A DNA stretch of 64,000 bases, taken from IMG/VR virus record IMGVR_UViG_3300034349_000008. The stretch is one strand, 5' to 3'. Each line of letters opens with the position of its first letter. Within the stretch, counting starts at the first letter, position 1. Positions 63,552-64,000 of this stretch are shown here, piece after piece. A model generated the notes under the pieces. It had not been told where the DNA came from. It did not search any database and worked only from the letters and a program-made list of their open reading frames with translations. Both the position numbers and the translations under genes were made by a program. Source of the stretch: a virus.

Positions 63552-64000
63552 ATGAACGTAATGACCGAAGCACACAAAGCAGTCAAAGCAGTATTGACTA
63601 ATGCTCCTGTCGGTGTTACGTTGAACTATCGCTCTCTGTTGAAAGCAGCACTTACCGACATGCATAGGAAGAATAAAGAAATGAAACCAACTAAAACCTT
63701 GACAGTAGATCAAATGTTTGCAATCAAACACTTCGAAGATTGCATCGCTCGTACCCTTGAGCAGTTCGAAAAGTTGGGTGTTAATGATTACTATGTCGCA
63801 CTGGCAAACAATGTAGAATTGAACGATTACACACTGTTGCAACACAAAGATGTAAATGATAAACAATCTCCATTGGGTTGGGCAACATACAGCACTGCAA
63901 TCGTAACCAGTCCAGCACAAGCAGACGAATATGTAAAGGCTTTCCCCGGCACTTGCAAGCTCCATGCCCAAACGCACCTTTCGAATGTCATTCAATCTTT
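63552..64000 (+). CDS. Hypothetical protein, 5' part (continues beyond window)
   Basis: Hand translation MNVMTEAHKAVKAVLTNAPVGVTLNYRSLLKAALTDMHRKNKEM... is open for all 449 nt to the window end. AAGGTGA upstream. Absent from the track because no stop lies in the window. Confidence 0.6.
   Translation, partial: MNVMTEAHKAVKAVLTNAPVGVTLNYRSLLKAALTDMHRKNKEMKPTKTLTVDQMFAIKHFEDCIARTLEQFEKLGVNDYYVALANNVELNDYTLLQHKDVNDKQSPLGWATYSTAIVTSPAQADEYVKAFPGTCKLHAQTHLSNVIQS

Noticed and set aside
55683-63560. Reading the regularly recurring about 30-nt promoter modules as a CRISPR-like array
   Set aside because: The repeats are not identical, the spacing is irregular (0.1-1.3 kb), and the intervening DNA is SD-led coding sequence. 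Each repeat has -35/-10 geometry.
63444-63995. 183-aa minus-strand ORF at the window end
   Set aside because: The plus strand has an array promoter, an SD and a frame open for 449 nt to the window edge. That frame is missing from the track only because its stop lies outside the window. The minus-strand product is Cys-rich junk.
1-64000. Lysogeny or mobile-element functions (integrase, CI/Cro-type switch, transposase, att sites)
   Set aside because: None was recognisable in any frame. The window looks like part of a virulent phage, though the part of the genome outside the window is unseen.

Overview
The window is one contiguous piece of a tailed dsDNA phage genome (siphovirus type, lambda-like tail tip). 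The host is probably Gram-negative, judging from sigma70-type promoters, a SAR endolysin, spanins and lipoproteins.

Layout:
- 1-14.1 kb (+): late genes. These are the end of the tape measure gene, gpM/L/K/I/J-like tail-tip genes, two unknown tail genes, a 931-aa side fibre with its chaperone, a small protein with a phospholipase-A2-like motif, two tandem paralogues and a lysis cassette.
- 14.1-18.9 kb (-): a leftward operon of about 17 small genes plus a UvrD-like helicase.
- 18.9-19.3 kb: a long divergent control region.
- 19.3-47.3 kb (+): early and middle genes. They include an EF-Ts N-terminal look-alike, lipoproteins, an SPFH protein, a Lar-like zinc ribbon, primase-helicase, family B DNA polymerase, a ParB-like protein, SSB, a flap endonuclease, an HNH endonuclease, a DEDD exonuclease, two NTP-pyrophosphatase-like genes, a ThyX-like gene and NrdH/NrdB/NrdA.
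- 47.3-50.5 kb: a segment bracketed by identical terminators, carrying a two-gene cassette and a second fibre-like locus.
- 50.5-55.05 kb: an operon of about 20 small ORFs.
- 55.09-55.68 kb: a 600-bp repeat-rich non-coding region.
- 55.7-64 kb: an array of 13 homologous strong promoters, each driving 1-3 small genes.

There is one atypical 102-nt tRNA-like gene with its own consensus promoter. I saw no integrase, repressor module, CRISPR array or rRNA.

Everything here was read by eye from the sequence and the ORF track. Homology statements rest on remembered motifs, not on searches. Coordinates of features that are not in the ORF track were indexed by hand and may be off by 1-2 nt.
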